Shown here: positions 52,192 to 62,204 of the stretch, piece by piece | Numbering within the stretch: the stretch's first letter is position 1 | How the letters are laid out: each line of letters begins with the position of its first letter | Source of the DNA: Ostreococcus lucimarinus | Lineage: Eukaryota | Direction: 5' to 3' (one strand) | NCBI GenBank assembly: GCA_000092065.1 | Contig: CP000581.1 | Length of the DNA: 64,000 bases | Notes under the pieces: generated by a model | Databases searched by the model: none | Told to the model about the DNA's origin: nothing | Seen by the model: only the letters and a program-made list of their open reading frames with translations | Position numbers and translations under genes: made by a program

Positions 52192-54303
52192 ATGCGAACG
52201 AAAGTCAGCGCATCGACGGTCGCGCGCACGTTTGACGGTGCGCGGCGATGCGCGCGATCGTTCGCAACGCCGGCGCGAAGGGTGGTGACTCGAGCGGCGT
52301 CGCGCGAGGACGACAGCGAGCGGACGTATTTGCAAACTTTGAAAATTGCAAACTTTGCGTTGGTGAGCGAGCAGACGATTGAGTTTGAGAAGGGGTTGAA
52401 TGTCATCACCGGGAAGTCGGGATCGGGTAAATCGGTGCTGTTGGACGCCATCGCGCAGATTTGTGGATCACCGGCGAAGGAGGAGAGCATTCGGGCGAAC
52501 GCGGGTGGGGCGAAACTGGAGGCGACGTTTCGCGTGGCGACGGCGTCTCTCGGATCGATTTACGACATCGTGAACGATCAGATTACGTCTTTGTCCACGA
52601 AGGATGGGAAAAATGTCAAGCCGTTCGCACCGCCGAAAGAAGACGCAAATGCGTTGAATATCACGAGGGAGTTGCAGTACGTCGACTCGAGCGGGAAGAC
52701 GAAGCGCATTCGAAGCGTGTGTCGCATCAATGGCAGAGTGGTCCCACTGAAAGCACTCAAGGCTTTGGGTGAGATTCTCATGGATTTCAATGGTCAAGGC
52801 GCTGCGTCGACGCTGAGCGACGAGAACGCGCAGCTAGAGTTGTTGGATGAGTGGGCAGGCACGAAGGCGATGCGACAAAAATTTGAGCGCCTGTCCACGG
52901 AGTTGGCGGTACAGTTCAACAAGGTGAAGAACGCGGTAGAGCTCTTGCCGGGCGAGCGCGAAGAACTCGAAGCTTTGTTGGAGGAGTATTACGCAGTTGA
53001 TCCGGAGCCACTCGAAGACGTCGCCTTGAAAGCTGAACTTAGAAGGTTGGAGTCGAGCCGAGTCGCCGTGGAAATGTGCGGTTCTGTGATTTCAACCATC
53101 GCGGGCGAGCGTGGAGCGAGAGGTTTGCTTCGTGAAGCTGCGCACGAAGTGAAAGGCTTGATCGCCGCTGCCGAACGCCGCGCTGAGAGCGCGAGTTCGT
53201 CAACGCGCACCCCAGGAGATGAGGACTCAGCGTCTGAACCGGAACCAGGCCTCGACGAGGCGTCGCTGCAAGGCTTGAACGATGCGCTCGACCTCCTTTA
53301 CCAGGCCGAACAAATCTCCGAGAACGCGGAGGAGCAGGTGGGAAAGTACGCCGAAGCCCTCGCGAGCTCGCCACACCGGCGAGAGGAAGCGCAGGCACGT
53401 TTGCGCGAACTCGATAGATTGTTCAAAACGCTGCGAGTGCGAACCGCCGACGCTGCCATTGAAGCCGCTCAAGCTGCTCAGGAAAGGCTCGAAGCCGCGG
53501 AGGTGGGCGAAGAAGAACGCGAAGAAAGTATCGCGGAGTTGGATCGCTTACGCAAGGCCACCGCGGATTGTGCGTTCCAATTAGCGCTTGCTCGTCGAGA
53601 AGCCGCGGGCGCCCTCAGAGGTGCCGTCACGTCGGCTTTGACGGACCTGGAGATGGCTGGAAGCCGATTCGACGTCACTCTTTCGTGGACTGCGCGCGAG
53701 GGAGCGAGTGAGGATACGAATGGAAACGTTTTGCGCGTCCCGAGAGCGAGCGAAATCGGTGAAGACGACCATCTTGTCTTTGCGGTGCGTCCGACTGGTT
53801 TGGATCGCGCGACGTTTTTGCTCGCCGCCGGACAAAACGAACCGCTCCGACCGATGGCGTCGATCGCTTCCGGTGGTGAAAAGGCTCGATTAATGCTCGC
53901 ATTGAAAATGGCTCCAGTCATGACGGATGATTACGCGAGCACGCGCGCTAATCGAGAGCTCGCGAGCGGTGGCATCTCCGTCTTTGACGAAGTCGACAGC
54001 GGCGTCGGCGGTCGCGTCGGCGCTCGCATCGGCCACGCCCTTCGTCGCCTCACCACCACGGGCTCGCAGCAAGTTTTGTGTGTCACCCATCTCCCTCAAG
54101 TCGCCGCGTGCGGCGATACCCACCTCATAGTTTCCAAATCACCCGACGACGACGCCGACGGTCGCACCACCATCGACATCCGCCGCATCGATTCTCGCGA
54201 CTCTCGCGTCGAGGAAATCTCCCAAATGCTCGGCATCGGCGACGTCGAGGGTCGCGAGAGCGCCAACAGACTCGTCGACGAGGCCGTCGCCGCGTTTTCC
54301 TAA
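52192..54303 (+). CDS. recN: bacterial-type DNA repair protein RecN (SMC-like) with an organellar presequence
   Basis: Walker A LKIANFALVSEQTIEFEKGLNVITGKSGSGKSVLLDAIAQICG. A central coiled-coil. C-terminal signature ASGGEKARLMLALK and Walker B ISVFDEVDSGVGG...VLCVTHLPQVAACGDTHLIV. Start at internal ATG MRTKVSAST after an Arg-rich leader. Confidence 0.65.
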   Translation: MRTKVSASTVARTFDGARRCARSFATPARRVVTRAASREDDSERTYLQTLKIANFALVSEQTIEFEKGLNVITGKSGSGKSVLLDAIAQICGSPAKEESIRANAGGAKLEATFRVATASLGSIYDIVNDQITSLSTKDGKNVKPFAPPKEDANALNITRELQYVDSSGKTKRIRSVCRINGRVVPLKALKALGEILMDFNGQGAASTLSDENAQLELLDEWAGTKAMRQKFERLSTELAVQFNKVKNAVELLPGEREELEALLEEYYAVDPEPLEDVALKAELRRLESSRVAVEMCGSVISTIAGERGARGLLREAAHEVKGLIAAAERRAESASSSTRTPGDEDSASEPEPGLDEASLQGLNDALDLLYQAEQISENAEEQVGKYAEALASSPHRREEAQARLRELDRLFKTLRVRTADAAIEAAQAAQERLEAAEVGEEEREESIAELDRLRKATADCAFQLALARREAAGALRGAVTSALTDLEMAGSRFDVTLSWTAREGASEDTNGNVLRVPRASEIGEDDHLVFAVRPTGLDRATFLLAAGQNEPLRPMASIASGGEKARLMLALKMAPVMTDDYASTRANRELASGGISVFDEVDSGVGGRVGARIGHALRRLTTTGSQQVLCVTHLPQVAACGDTHLIVSKSPDDDADGRTTIDIRRIDSRDSRVEEISQMLGIGDVEGRESANRLVDEAVAAFS

Positions 54304-54493
54304 TCATCGCTTGTAACGCAGTCGTCGCCGCCGCCCGCGCGCCGGTTACCATCAATTTGAAACCCGATCTTTTTTTCCCAAACGACGGGACTCCGCGTCG
54401 AGTCCTGATTCGTCGTTCTTCTCGAACTTTCGAGAGAAACGAGAAACTGCCGCTGACGCGGCAGTTCGCGGCGCGAGCGAGCGAGCGCGAGCG

Positions 54494-57400
54494 ATGGAGC
54501 GCGCGGAGAGCCCGCCGCGCGCGCGGCGAACCTCCGTCGACGGCGGACGCATGGGAAGCCCGCGAAACAGCCAAGACCTGAGCGGCACGCTCGCGTCGTC
54601 GCCGCTGAGGAACTTGCACGCCGACTCCGAGGCTGGACGACTGGCGCGCGCGTCCATGAGCTCGCTCACGGGCGCCGTGGCCAGCCGAGGCTCGATCGAT
54701 GACTTGCGACAACGCATGGAGACGATCGGGACGCCCGCGACCGTGGCCGCGGGGGCGGGAGCGAACGCGGGGGAGATTGAAACCACGCGCGTCGATCGGT
54801 TGTTGCGCGAACGCGAGCAGATGCGAAAGACTCGATCGCAGACGAATCTGAACGCGAGCGATGAGGGCGATGATTTTGATGGTGAATCCGTTGGACGCGT
54901 GCAGTCCCTCATCATCGCGGCGAATCGATTGCCGATCAGTGTGAAGAAGAAGCCGGACGGGACGTGGGATCTTCGGACGTCGGCGGGCGGACTGGTGAGC
55001 GCGCTGTTGGGCGTACGAAAGACGTACGACATGACGTGGATTGGATGGCCGGGGGTGTTCGTAGAAGAGGGACCCGATCGCGACGCGCTCACGGCGACGT
55101 TACGTAAGCAGAACTTCTTGCCGGTGTACTTGACGAAGACGCAAGTCGAGCTGTATTACAATGGGTACTGCAACAATGTGCTGTGGTCGCTGTTTCACTA
55201 CGTGCCGCTGAGTTTCGAAGCCAAGCTCAGCGAAGATACGAACATGCACGCGCAATGGTTGGCTTATAAGGAAGCCAATCGCGCGTTTAGCGATGCCATC
55301 ATGAGCGTGTATCGCACAGGGGACGTCGTCTGGGCGCACGATTACCATTTGATGCTCGTGCCGCAAATGTTGCGAGCGTACGAAGATAGCATGAAAATTG
55401 GTTGGTTTCTGCACACGCCGTTTCCGAGTTCGGAAATTTACCGAATGTTGCCGATGAGAGAAGAGCTGTTGCACGGGTGTTTGGCGGCTGATCTCGTTGG
55501 CTTTCACACGTACGATTACGCGCGGCACTTTGTATCGGCGACGAGCCGAATTCTTGGTTTAGAGGCGACACCCGAGGGCGTGGAAAATAACGGGAGCTTT
55601 ACGCGTGTTGCGGCGTTTCCCATCGGTATCGATCCGGGTCGCTTCACCTCGGCTCTACGCACAAATGAGGTGCAGGTGCACATTAACGAGCTCCGCGAAC
55701 GCTTCCGAGGTCGCAAAGTCATGCTCGGTGTCGACCGTCTCGACATGATCAAGGGTATCCCGCACAAGTTGTTGGCGTTTGAGAAATTTTTGAGTGAGAA
55801 TCCTGATTGGGCGAATAAGGTGATTCTCATCCAGATCGCCGTGCCGACTCGCAGCGACGTTCCGGAGTACCAACGACTCGCCTCGCAAGTGCACGAACTT
55901 GTTGGGAGAATCAACGGCCGTTTCGGCTCCATCGGGAGCGTTCCGATTCAGCATTTGGATTGTACTATGCAGTTTCCTGAGCTTTGCGCGCTTTATGCAG
56001 TTACAGACGTCATGCTCGTCACTTCTCAGCGCGACGGTATGAACCTCGTCTCTTATGAGTTTGTTTCGTGCCAAAGCAAGAACGACGCCGGCGTGTTGGT
56101 TCTATCCGAATTCGCGGGCGCCGCGCAGTCTATCGGCGCTGGGGCTCTTTTAGTGAACCCGTACAACGTCACCGACGTCGCAAGCGCCATTAAAGACGCG
56201 TTAACGATGCCTGAAGTGGAAAAGATTGAGCGACACAGAAGCAGCTTCTCGCACGTGAGCATTCACACTTCGCAAGCGTGGGCGGACACGTTCATCAGTG
56301 AACTCAACGACACGCACGTCGAAGCAGAATTACGTCAAAAGCGTATTCCGCCGCATCTCAAGCCCGAAGCGATGGTCAAATCGTTTCAAATGGGTAAAGA
56401 ACGGCTCATCATTCTGGGCTACAACGCCACACTCACCGATCCCATGGAGAGCAAGACCAAGATACGGCCGAAGCTCGAGTCGCAGAAGAGTCGTCACAAG
56501 ATTCATCCGGTCGCACAGGAGTGCCTCACGCGCCTGTGCGATGATCCTAATACCACTGTTTGTATCTTCAGCGGTTCCGAGCGCAACAAGTTGGCGCAAA
56601 TCTTTGCGATGTTGCCCAAGGTTTGGATCGCGGCGGAAAATGGCGTTTTTATTCGACCACCACTTCAAGGCAAGAACGGCACCGACACTCCAAAGTGGCT
56701 GACCATGATTGAGACTACGAATTTGGACTGGTTGGAGAGCGTTGAAGTCGTTTTTGAGTACTTTTGTGAGCGTACTCCGAGAAGTCACGTGGAGATGCGC
56801 GAAACGTCGCTGGTGTGGAGTTACAAGTACGCCGATCCGGACTTTGGTCGTCAACAAGCGCGCGACTTGCTACAGCACTTATGGACTGGCCCGATTTCGA
56901 ATGCTCCCGTGGATGTCATCATGGGTGCAAAGTCTGTCGAAGTGCGTCCGGTCGGCTTGAGCAAGGGAACCGCAGTCGAGCGCATCGTGCAAATGATCGG
57001 CGGACACGGCAAAGAACTCATTGAAGTCGATTTCGTCGCGTGCTGCGGTCACTTCTTAGGCCGTGACGAGGATATCTTCTCGTTCTTGGAGATGAAGTCT
57101 TTGCCTCCGGAGGATCAGTTGCCAGCTGTGCAAACTTCGCCGGGATCTCCCATCAAAATGAACAGCGCCGTCGGCATTTCCAGCCCGATTGCGGGCGACC
57201 CTGATTCCGACGACGAAAAGAAAGAAGCCGATATTCGATTCCACGACGTCTTCACCTGCACCGTTGGACGCAAACGTTCGAGTGCTCGGTACTACGTGAA
57301 CGATTCCGACGAGATTGCGCAGTGTCTCGCAGCCCTGACGAACAGCTTGAACGACGGAAAAGGCTTCATCGAACTCTTGCAGTTTGAGGACTCGTTGTCG

Positions 57401-57511
57401 AGCGCTCCTTCGATGAGCAGCTCTAGAAACAACTTACGCGAACGAATCGGGAGTTTACCCCTCGTCAACGAGAAGGAGGTCTTTCGAACCTCAAGCGGAC
57501 AGAGCATTTAA
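54494..57511 (+). CDS. TPS: trehalose-6-phosphate synthase/phosphatase fusion (GT20 TPS domain plus TPP domain)
   Basis: IIAANRLPISVKK, NNVLWSLFHYVP, VWAHDYHLMLVPQMLR, GFFLHTPFPSSEIYR, MLGVDRLDMIKG. The C-terminal TPP region LIILGYNATLTD...VWIAAENGVF also fits. Single 1005-aa ORF with ATG start. Confidence 0.85.
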   Translation: MERAESPPRARRTSVDGGRMGSPRNSQDLSGTLASSPLRNLHADSEAGRLARASMSSLTGAVASRGSIDDLRQRMETIGTPATVAAGAGANAGEIETTRVDRLLREREQMRKTRSQTNLNASDEGDDFDGESVGRVQSLIIAANRLPISVKKKPDGTWDLRTSAGGLVSALLGVRKTYDMTWIGWPGVFVEEGPDRDALTATLRKQNFLPVYLTKTQVELYYNGYCNNVLWSLFHYVPLSFEAKLSEDTNMHAQWLAYKEANRAFSDAIMSVYRTGDVVWAHDYHLMLVPQMLRAYEDSMKIGWFLHTPFPSSEIYRMLPMREELLHGCLAADLVGFHTYDYARHFVSATSRILGLEATPEGVENNGSFTRVAAFPIGIDPGRFTSALRTNEVQVHINELRERFRGRKVMLGVDRLDMIKGIPHKLLAFEKFLSENPDWANKVILIQIAVPTRSDVPEYQRLASQVHELVGRINGRFGSIGSVPIQHLDCTMQFPELCALYAVTDVMLVTSQRDGMNLVSYEFVSCQSKNDAGVLVLSEFAGAAQSIGAGALLVNPYNVTDVASAIKDALTMPEVEKIERHRSSFSHVSIHTSQAWADTFISELNDTHVEAELRQKRIPPHLKPEAMVKSFQMGKERLIILGYNATLTDPMESKTKIRPKLESQKSRHKIHPVAQECLTRLCDDPNTTVCIFSGSERNKLAQIFAMLPKVWIAAENGVFIRPPLQGKNGTDTPKWLTMIETTNLDWLESVEVVFEYFCERTPRSHVEMRETSLVWSYKYADPDFGRQQARDLLQHLWTGPISNAPVDVIMGAKSVEVRPVGLSKGTAVERIVQMIGGHGKELIEVDFVACCGHFLGRDEDIFSFLEMKSLPPEDQLPAVQTSPGSPIKMNSAVGISSPIAGDPDSDDEKKEADIRFHDVFTCTVGRKRSSARYYVNDSDEIAQCLAALTNSLNDGKGFIELLQFEDSLSSAPSMSSSRNNLRERIGSLPLVNEKEVFRTSSGQSI

Positions 57512-57610
57512 ATCACTCGAACGATCCGTTCAAACCTACGCATTCAAAGCACGCACCACTAGCGACGAGTTGAGCATGTAAAAAATAACAATTACAACAT
57601 TGAGGCGTGG

Positions 57611-58984
57611 CTACAACATAGGAATATACGCAGGCAAAGCTTCAGTCCCGGAGTAATCGGGACTATAATCATCGTCTGATTTAGGCAAAGTTCGTTTATG
57701 CTCGTGAAGGAGCTTCATAATGCGCTCTTTAAGCTCATCGATTCCTCGACCTTCGTCGGCACTCGTCGCGGTCGCGTTTGGAATTTGCGCCATCGCGCGT
57801 TCAGCCTCCTTAACGTCCTCTTCGCTCCATAACTCTTGCGTATCCGGGTCTGTCTCACCTCCTAAAACCGGTACTAGTGCCGACTTGGAGAAGACGTCGA
57901 TCCACGGTCGACGCTCGGCGAATTGTTTGTAGAGCTCTTCTCTGAGCTGCAACTGGTCGTCGATGGACGTGCCCGATAGCCCGGTTAAATCGGTGACGAA
58001 AATCACGCACGTCGGCAAGTGCTCCAACGTCGCGATGGTGAGCATTTCAATTTTATTTCGATCGGCCTCCGATCGATTAATCAAGCCCGGGGTGTCCGTG
58101 ACCACGTGTCGCTCGTCGTCGACGAAAAAGTGCCCCATCTTGATGCCCTTCGTCGTGAACGGGTAGTTACACACTTCCGGCAATCCACTAGACAGCACGC
58201 GCACCAACGAGCTCTTCCCCACGTTCGGTGCACCGACGAGCGCGACTGTGGGCGTCTCGAGCTCCGCCACCGGAAGCTTCCGGAGCAACTTGGCGATGGA
58301 TTTCAAATCGTCCACGCACCTCGCGTACTTTCTGTAATACGCCTCCATCTCCGCGAACCCCTTCTCTCGCATCTCTTCCGCCTCTTTCAGCGCCGTCGTC
58401 TTCGTGACTTGCGACGCGTACCCTTTACCTATCCCAAGCATCCCCTTCCGCATCGAATCCACCGCCGCGAGCGTCGTTCTATACTTTTTATCGCTCAGCG
58501 TCAGCTCCAACAGCGCCCGCTCAAACGGGTGCAACCGCTCCGGCGGCGGAAACCCCTTCACGTACTCCTTCAACGGTTTACACACCCCCGTCGTCAGCGC
58601 GTCGAGTTGTTTCGCGCTCTTATTCCTCTCCCTCGCCGCATCCTTCAATCCCCGCGTCGGCGTCACCCGTCCCGCTCGTTTCACCGCGCTCGCGATCAAT
58701 TGCTCCGCGGGCGACACGTTCGGCAACCGCCCGAACGCTCCCGGCCGGTGCGCTCGCCTCGTCGTCGCCGCCACCGTTTCGTCCGTTCGCGCGTCCGCGT
58801 CTTCGTCCTCGCGTCCGCGCTCGCGCGGTTCGTCGCGCGCGTCCCTCGTCGACGTTCCCGCGTCGTCGCGCGCGTCGCCGCCGCCACCGCGCGCGCGCGT
58901 CGTCGTCGTCGTCGTCGCGCGTCGCGCTCGCGTCGTCCACGGTCGTCGCGACAGCGCGCCGGCGATCGCGCGCGCCGTCGCCAT
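57611..58984 (-). CDS. NOG1-family GTP-binding protein paralog with an N-terminal presequence
   Basis: G-domain PTVALVGAPNVGKSSLVRVLSSGLPEVCNYPFTTKGIKMGHF...VTDTPGLINR followed by a NOG-type segment TCVIFVTDLTGLSGTSIDDQLQLREEL. The N-terminus MATARAIAGALSRRPWTTRARRA is transit-peptide-like. Confidence 0.5.
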   Translation of the reverse strand: MATARAIAGALSRRPWTTRARRATTTTTTRARGGGGDARDDAGTSTRDARDEPRERGREDEDADARTDETVAATTRRAHRPGAFGRLPNVSPAEQLIASAVKRAGRVTPTRGLKDAARERNKSAKQLDALTTGVCKPLKEYVKGFPPPERLHPFERALLELTLSDKKYRTTLAAVDSMRKGMLGIGKGYASQVTKTTALKEAEEMREKGFAEMEAYYRKYARCVDDLKSIAKLLRKLPVAELETPTVALVGAPNVGKSSLVRVLSSGLPEVCNYPFTTKGIKMGHFFVDDERHVVTDTPGLINRSEADRNKIEMLTIATLEHLPTCVIFVTDLTGLSGTSIDDQLQLREELYKQFAERRPWIDVFSKSALVPVLGGETDPDTQELWSEEDVKEAERAMAQIPNATATSADEGRGIDELKERIMKLLHEHKRTLPKSDDDYSPDYSGTEALPAYIPML

Positions 58985-59077
58985 CGCGATCGCGCGCGCC
59001 GTCGACGCGTCGCGCCGTGCCGACGCCGTCGACGCGGCGCCGTCGCGCGCGAATGAATCGGCGCGCGGCGACCGACC

Positions 59078-59096
59078 TAAACCCTAAACCCTAGGA
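59078..59096. repeat. interstitial telomere-like repeat (CCCTAAA)2.5, a telo-box-like element in the divergent promoter between the NOG1-like and PP2C genes
   Basis: gacctaaaccctaaaccctagg is visible. It lies about 95 bp upstream of the minus-strand NOG1-like start. Confidence 0.6.
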
Positions 59097-59298
59097 AGCC
59101 CTCATCAGGCGAACGCGACCGACCGACCGACCGACGGACGGCGCGACGGCGCGACGCGTCCGACGACGCCGCAGACGCGCGCGGCGTCGACGCGCGCGGC
59201 GAAACGTCGAAAAAAACGCGCGTTCGCGATCGACGCGCTCCGAGGCGGCGCGAGCGACGCGCGCGCGACGGGAAGGCGCGATCGGAGACGCGATTGGA

Positions 59299-60273
59299 TT
59301 GGCGACGCGATCGAGCGAACGACGCGCGATGGCGACGCGAGTGCGCGCGAGCGACGCGGGAACGGCGCGCGCGATGCGGGTGAACGCTTGGAGATCGCGC
59401 GGACGCGGCGGTGGGGGGGTCGGGACGACGCGAGGAGGCGCGAGAAGGGCGAGGGGAGGGACGGCGGCGCGCGCGGCGGCGACGAGGTTGGAGGTTTCGA
59501 GCGCGGGGGCGATTTTAGTGCCGCATCCGGATAAGGCGGATAAGGGCGGCGAAGACGCGTGCTTCGTGTTGAAGCAAAGCGGTGCGTTCGGGGTGTTCGA
59601 CGGCGTCGGAGGATGGGCGGAGGAGGGGGTGGATCCGGCGGAGTATAGCGAAAAGTTTGCCGAGAAATCCGCGCAGAGCGTGTTGGCGGGACAACGCGAC
59701 CCGGTCGCGGTGATGAGGGACGCGCACGAGGCGACGCAGGTGATCGGTTCGTGCACGGCGTGCATCGCGGTGTTGAAAAATGGAAACGTGCTGGATATCG
59801 CGAACTTGGGCGACGCCGGGGCGTTGGTTTCGCGCGACGGCGGCGTGGTGTTTCACACAAAGTCGCAACAGCACGAGTTCAACTTGCCGTATCAGCTCGG
59901 CTGGACGAAGGTGTATCCCGAAGGCGATCGCCCGGACGCGGCGGATCGCGTCGAGGTAGAGATGAAACCGGGCGATGCCGTCGTTTTGGGGTCGGATGGT
60001 TTATGGGACAACGTGCCGTACGCTGAAGTCGCGGCGCTGTGCGCCGAGCACCAAGGCGACGCCGAAGAGTGCGCCGAGGCCATCGCGACGCTCGCGTTCG
60101 GTTACTCTTGTGATCCCGAGTACGACTCGCCTTTCACGCAAGAAGCGCGAAAAGCGGCGGAGGGGAGACCGGAATGGGCCGATAGAAGAAACTTGATTGG
60201 TGGGAAGATGGACGACATCGCCGTCGTGTGCATGTTCGTAGAAGCTTCGCGAGGTTTGAGCGGTGGGACTTAG
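59299..60273 (+). CDS. PP2C-family (SpoIIE/PPM-like) protein phosphatase with a presequence
   Basis: PHPDKADKGGEDACFV...GVFDGVGGW...LGDAGALVSRDG...VVLGSDGLWDNV...GGKMDDIAVVCMFV is the PP2C metal-binding signature. Confidence 0.6.
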   Translation: MATRSSERRAMATRVRASDAGTARAMRVNAWRSRGRGGGGVGTTRGGARRARGGTAARAAATRLEVSSAGAILVPHPDKADKGGEDACFVLKQSGAFGVFDGVGGWAEEGVDPAEYSEKFAEKSAQSVLAGQRDPVAVMRDAHEATQVIGSCTACIAVLKNGNVLDIANLGDAGALVSRDGGVVFHTKSQQHEFNLPYQLGWTKVYPEGDRPDAADRVEVEMKPGDAVVLGSDGLWDNVPYAEVAALCAEHQGDAEECAEAIATLAFGYSCDPEYDSPFTQEARKAAEGRPEWADRRNLIGGKMDDIAVVCMFVEASRGLSGGT

Positions 60274-60349
60274 AGGCATTTTTAAAACTTCAAATCGCGA
60301 CATAGACTACAATCATCTGCTAAACTAACGTCGCCTCAACGACGTCGCT

Positions 60350-61432
60350 TCACGCAAGCTCGTCGTCGAGACCGCGCACGAGGAGCATGAACCACAGAGC
60401 GCTCGTGAAACTCTTCTCTTTAATCGTCATCGTCAACGCGCCGGCGAGGACGGTTTTCACGAGCTGCGCGTCGAGACCTTTGTACATACCACTCACGCCT
60501 TCTTCTCTGTGCACTCGCTTGAGCGTGCCTAATAGCGAACGTCTATCTTCCTCGCGCGTTCCCGCCTTTTGCAAAACCTTGGCGCGCACGAGAGGGTACG
60601 TCAGCATCGTCGCCGTCGCCTTGGACGCGGCGCCGAGGACAAAGGCGTCAAACATCGACAACTCCACGACGGGCTTTAAGATCCCACGCCGCTGCGCGCG
60701 AGCGTTGTGCACGATCATCAACTTTTGACGAAGTTGCTCGAAGACGGTGTATTGAATCGCGGGATTGATCGTCAGCGCGAGTGAAGCGCCGAGACCGCTA
60801 TACAATCCGCCGCGCGCGTCGGCGGCGCCTCGTCCGCCTCGCAACGCTCGTAAAGTGTTTTTGAACCCATCATCGCCCTCGTCGTCATCGAACGCCTTTG
60901 AGCCAGTATCACCGACCGTTTTCTTTCCTTCCAGTTGTTTCCGCGTCGTGTACGTATCTAAAGGCTCCGTGACGAGCACGTTACAGCATCCCGCCGCCGC
61001 CGCCGCCGCGAGCGTCGCCCCCACCCCAATCTTTTTCCCCGTTCGCTCCTCGTACGTCCGCTTCAGCGCGCTGAACGCTAAAAAGTACAAAAAGCTCGAC
61101 GAAAGCGAATGTGCCGACTTCGCCAACGCCCCACCGTACGCCCCCGCCGCGCCTTCCTCGCGAAACACCCGCGCCAACTTTGTCACCCACTGGGGACACC
61201 AAAAACCGTTACCGTCGTCGTCGGCTTCCGAGTTGTTTCCGCGCGCCGCGCTCTCGGCCTGGATCCGCGTCTTCACCGTGTCGATCGGGTATAACGCGAG
61301 CGTGCCGAACAATCCGCCGAGCGCGCCTGCGAACGCGCGCGTCGTCGTCAGTCGCGCGGTTTCGTCGGAAGCGATCGAGCCGTGCGAACGCGTCGAGCCG
61401 TCGAGACGCGCGCGGCGCGACGCGAGACGCAC
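60350..61432 (-). CDS. mitochondrial carrier family (SLC25) protein, possibly a peroxisomal/adenine-nucleotide carrier type
   Basis: Three carrier repeats: AGALGGLFGTLALYPIDTVKTRIQ, a second PxD/ExxK-type, and AGALTMTIKEKSF. The first signature is close to PMP34/Ant1-type YPLDTVKTRLQ. Confidence 0.6.
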   Translation of the reverse strand: MRLASRRARLDGSTRSHGSIASDETARLTTTRAFAGALGGLFGTLALYPIDTVKTRIQAESAARGNNSEADDDGNGFWCPQWVTKLARVFREEGAAGAYGGALAKSAHSLSSSFLYFLAFSALKRTYEERTGKKIGVGATLAAAAAAGCCNVLVTEPLDTYTTRKQLEGKKTVGDTGSKAFDDDEGDDGFKNTLRALRGGRGAADARGGLYSGLGASLALTINPAIQYTVFEQLRQKLMIVHNARAQRRGILKPVVELSMFDAFVLGAASKATATMLTYPLVRAKVLQKAGTREEDRRSLLGTLKRVHREEGVSGMYKGLDAQLVKTVLAGALTMTIKEKSFTSALWFMLLVRGLDDELA

Positions 61433-61608
61433 CGGCCAAGGCCTCGACGAGGATCTTATCGTTCGACGTGAGCTTGCTCGACGCCTTGATGACGGACGTC
61501 GTCGGCGTCGGCGTCGACATCGCGAGAAGAGCGTGGAGAAGTGCGGCGCGGCGCGACGCGACGGGCGACGCGGAGGAAGTCGACTCGTGGAATATTATAT
61601 TGAAAAGC

Positions 61609-61839
61609 TTACTTGAGGAGGAGTTCGGCGCATTGCACGGCGTTTAAGGCGGCGCCCTTCTTGATTTGGTCACCACACACGAACAAATCCAAGCCCTTGT
61701 TGTTGGGCTGGGAGATGTCTTGACGGATGCGACCGACGTAGACGTCGTCGTTATCCGTGGCGTCGAGACACGCCGTAACGCGTCTGCGCGCGATCGTCTC
61801 TCTCGTCAGTCTCCCGCGTCGCGTCGTCCTCGCGCGCAC
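61609..61839 (-). CDS. unassigned small coding segment, probably a terminal exon (..[57 protein letters not shown])
   Basis: Minus-strand ACTGAC at about 61811-61806 followed by AG about 21 nt later suggests a 3' splice site at about 61790. Coding-like composition downstream to a TAA at 61609. No family recognised. Confidence 0.2.
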   Translation of the reverse strand: MRARTTRRGRLTRETIARRRVTACLDATDNDDVYVGRIRQDISQPNNKGLDLFVCGDQIKKGAALNAVQCAELLLK

Positions 61840-62204
61840 GCACCGGCACCTCGCGACGACTCTCGCGTCGGTCGTCGACCGTCAACGCGCCGAGACGCGC
61901 GCGCGCGCCCACCGTCTCGCGCGAGGACGACGACGGTGAAGACGACGCATCGTCTCGCGACGCGTCGGCTCGCGACGCGTCGGCTCGCGACGAGCGCGCC
62001 TCCACGCGCGCGCGAGGGCGCGCGTCCACGAGCTTGTCGCGCCGGGACGCCCGGCGCGCATGCCCCCAGCGCTTGTGCGTGAGACGCCCGCGCGCGTCAT
62101 CAATCAGTTCGCAGCATGGGGAATCCCCATGCCCGAAGAGCGACGCGACGCGGGCGACGAACACTGACGCGCGCGACCAAGACTCGTGCCCGGGTGGGCA
62201 CCTG

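Noticed and set aside
58019-59087. 345-aa and 227-aa plus-strand ORFs over the NOG1-like gene
   Set aside because: Antisense to a conserved GTPase CDS. Arg/Pro-rich low complexity.
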